A stretch of 23,256 nucleotides of DNA, from IMG/VR virus record IMGVR_UViG_3300025316_001100. The stretch is one strand, 5' to 3'. This stretch comes from a virus. Taxonomy: Duplodnaviria > Heunggongvirae > Uroviricota > Caudoviricetes. A model generated the notes under the pieces. That model was given only the letters and a program-made list of their open reading frames with translations. It had not been told where the DNA came from and did not search any database. Below are positions 21,693 to 23,256 of the stretch, piece after piece (the stretch's first letter is position 1; each line of letters begins with the position of its first letter). The translations under genes and the position numbers were made by a program.

Positions 21693-21820
21693 TATAGTAT
21701 ATCCTTTACTTCTTGAATGAATTCTTCAACATTTTTACCCGCACCAAACAAGACAACCTTCACCTTGTTGTCTGCTTGCTGATTCACACTCAAAACTACT
21801 CCAATCATGTGATACAGCAT
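21692..21820 (-). CDS. Small hypothetical protein
   Basis: 42 aa MLYHMIGVVLSVNQQ...EEFIQEVKDIL, hand-translated; TAATG overlap. Confidence 0.5.
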   Translation of the reverse strand: MLYHMIGVVLSVNQQADNKVKVVLFGAGKNVEEFIQEVKDIL

Positions 21821-21858
21821 TCAACACATTGGCCATTACATCGTAATGCCAATATGAT

Positions 21859-22134
21859 CTACGCCACGCTTGAATCATTATCATCGACCGGCAATGCCTT
21901 TACATATTCTACCAAAGCTTCTAACTGAGGAATATCCTTTTCGGGATCATTTACCTCATCAGGCTTACCCTCGAAGTCCTTGCTCCAAGCAATATTTTCA
22001 TAAATTTCTTTAAGCAATTGCTGTTGATGCAAACGATCTTCTAATTCGCCACCGTTTGAGGCAAATTGATACGTGGCACTACCACCACCACCATGCCAAA
22101 GAAAACATAAATCAACCGCTTCTTGTTTCGTCAT
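21859..22134 (-). CDS. Hypothetical protein
   Basis: 91 aa MTKQEAVDLCFLWHGGGGS...; ATGA overlap. Confidence 0.75.
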   Translation of the reverse strand: MTKQEAVDLCFLWHGGGGSATYQFASNGGELEDRLHQQQLLKEIYENIAWSKDFEGKPDEVNDPEKDIPQLEALVEYVKALPVDDNDSSVA

Positions 22135-22727
22135 TTTGTTTCTCCCACCTGTTGAGGAGCAGCATTGGCCTTGTCTTTCCAAAAGTCTACAGACTTCTTC
22201 AAGGCATCAACAAATTGCTCTGGGGTCATTTTGGTGTCCGTTCCTCCACTTAGCTTAAAATAATTAGCAATGAGAGTACCAACACCCATAGGGACATCTA
22301 TGTTAGCCGGGAACGGGCTTGCATTTAGGCTTATGATTTCATAATCAGCATTTGATGAACACTCATTATTTTCAAGAAGAACATCGTGACGATAAAGAAC
22401 GGCAAAGGCCGATTCGGCTGGCATCTTCTCACCGTTAATCACGTAAGTCGATTTACGTGGATCTTCACCGGGTTGACGAGCGACAAACTCGCCAGCGAGT
22501 TTGTCGCCTGCCTTCAATTGAACGATGTTGGTATAAATACAGCCAGGATGCTCAGGCACACCAGTCTCAATATTGACCAATACAACGCCATCCCGATAGC
22601 CGGGCCGAACACAACCGGCTTCAAAGTTTCGCATCACTCGCTGTTGTAATTCAAACCATGTGCCATCAAAATGACTGAACTGGGAATCCTTGGTTTGACG
22701 CTTAACGAATTCACTGACTGCAATCAT
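22131..22727 (-). CDS. DUF3228-like protein
   Basis: 198 aa. SEFVKRQT...SHF, PGYRDGV, VLYRHDVLLEN, YEIISLNA and PM.......GGT motifs. Confidence 0.8.
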   Translation of the reverse strand: MIAVSEFVKRQTKDSQFSHFDGTWFELQQRVMRNFEAGCVRPGYRDGVVLVNIETGVPEHPGCIYTNIVQLKAGDKLAGEFVARQPGEDPRKSTYVINGEKMPAESAFAVLYRHDVLLENNECSSNADYEIISLNASPFPANIDVPMGVGTLIANYFKLSGGTDTKMTPEQFVDALKKSVDFWKDKANAAPQQVGETK

Positions 22728-22918
22728 TACCACAATTTATTCCTTTTTCTTGATTTATGAAATCTATCTTTCCAATATCCGAGTTCTCGCCAATCGCCAC
22801 TTTTACTTACCTGATATGTAACGAATCCAAAAGACCATTGTCCCGACCAGCATTTACTCAATACCCTATATCCACCAAAAATTATATGTGCATTTCGGGC
22901 ATTTTGGATCATTTTCAT
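22727..22918 (-). CDS. Array-like peptide (satellite)
   Basis: 63 aa MKMIQNARNAHIIFGG...CWSGQWSFG; ATGA overlap upstream, TAATG overlap with the DUF3228-like gene. Confidence 0.7.
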   Translation of the reverse strand: MKMIQNARNAHIIFGGYRVLSKCWSGQWSFGFVTYQVSKSGDWRELGYWKDRFHKSRKRNKLW

Positions 22919-23163
22919 TGCCAATTCGAGCAATTTCGCCCCCGCAACCAACATTCGCTAAATGGTATATGCTCTTTGCATGATTTACTCCAAACTGTTG
23001 TTGTGCTCAAACAATGCTTGCCTCTTGGCGAAAACGAATAACCAATAGTCTGCGGTTGTGATGTAAAATGAATATTCGAAAACGGCACTGATTGCGACTC
23101 AACAAAACCCACTCTGGGCACCGTCCAATGGGATCGACTGTATAACCGATCAAAATATCGCAT
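22915..23163 (-). CDS. Array-like peptide (satellite)
   Basis: 82 aa MRYFDRLYSRSHW...VWSKSC; Ser/Trp/Cys-rich like array units. Confidence 0.65.
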   Translation of the reverse strand: MRYFDRLYSRSHWTVPRVGFVESQSVPFSNIHFTSQPQTIGYSFSPRGKHCLSTTTVWSKSCKEHIPFSECWLRGRNCSNWQ

Positions 23164-23194
23164 TATTTTGTGACGCCAAAACTATTTCCGGCAT

Positions 23195-23234
23195 CTAAAG
23201 ATTAGAATCGAAATAGTTCGGTTCTAATCTTTAG
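23195..23234. other. Strong hairpin of unknown role
   Basis: ctaaagattagaa (23195-23207)/ttctaatctttag (23222-23234) perfect 13 bp, extendable by tcg/cgg, 8-nt loop. Confidence 0.75.
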
Positions 23235-23256
23235 GAGATTTTGTATGAGTAAGATC

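Noticed and set aside
305-23041. Remaining plus-strand ORFs in the supplied track (e.g. 7259-7624, 11403-11753, 19525-19995, 22757-23041)
   Set aside because: All overlap better-supported minus-strand genes and have no recognisable motifs.
1-23256. tRNA or rRNA genes
   Set aside because: No cloverleaf or rRNA-like segment noticed by eye; not checked with tRNAscan.

Overview
The window looks like part of a large phage (or phage-like element) genome. Almost everything is on the minus strand, and one gene resembles the planctomycete-type PilC N-terminus, a weak hint at the host. The dominant feature is a tandem array of about 80 translationally coupled small ORFs (39-101 aa, mostly 50-75 aa) filling 106-12282 (63 units) and 13077-16160 (17 units, one disrupted). 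They share an M-K/R/N-hydrophobic-hydrophobic N-terminus and have hypervariable Ser/Arg/Trp/Gly/His/Cys-rich bodies. By my hand count 62 of 78 junctions are 4-nt ATGA/GTGA/TTGA stop-start overlaps. The array lies downstream of a near-consensus sigma70 promoter (17002-17030), together with three core genes: an RQGD/GEVTGHAH/HEEH cupin-like protein, an Sm/LSm-like protein and a DUF6745-like protein. Intrinsic terminators follow the Sm-like and DUF6745-like genes, and two internal promoters of leaderless architecture lie in array gaps. Two more array-like ORFs lie at 22727-23163. The left edge carries the probable 3' end of an IS200/IS605 tnpB element inserted in the last visible unit. 17061-22727 holds ordinary small phage accessory genes (VVA0879-like Zn protein, PilC-N-terminus fusion, KOW-motif protein, DUF3228-like protein, hypotheticals). 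Family names come from motif recognition, not database searches. Array units are numbered in transcription direction (1 at 16160, 80 at 225).
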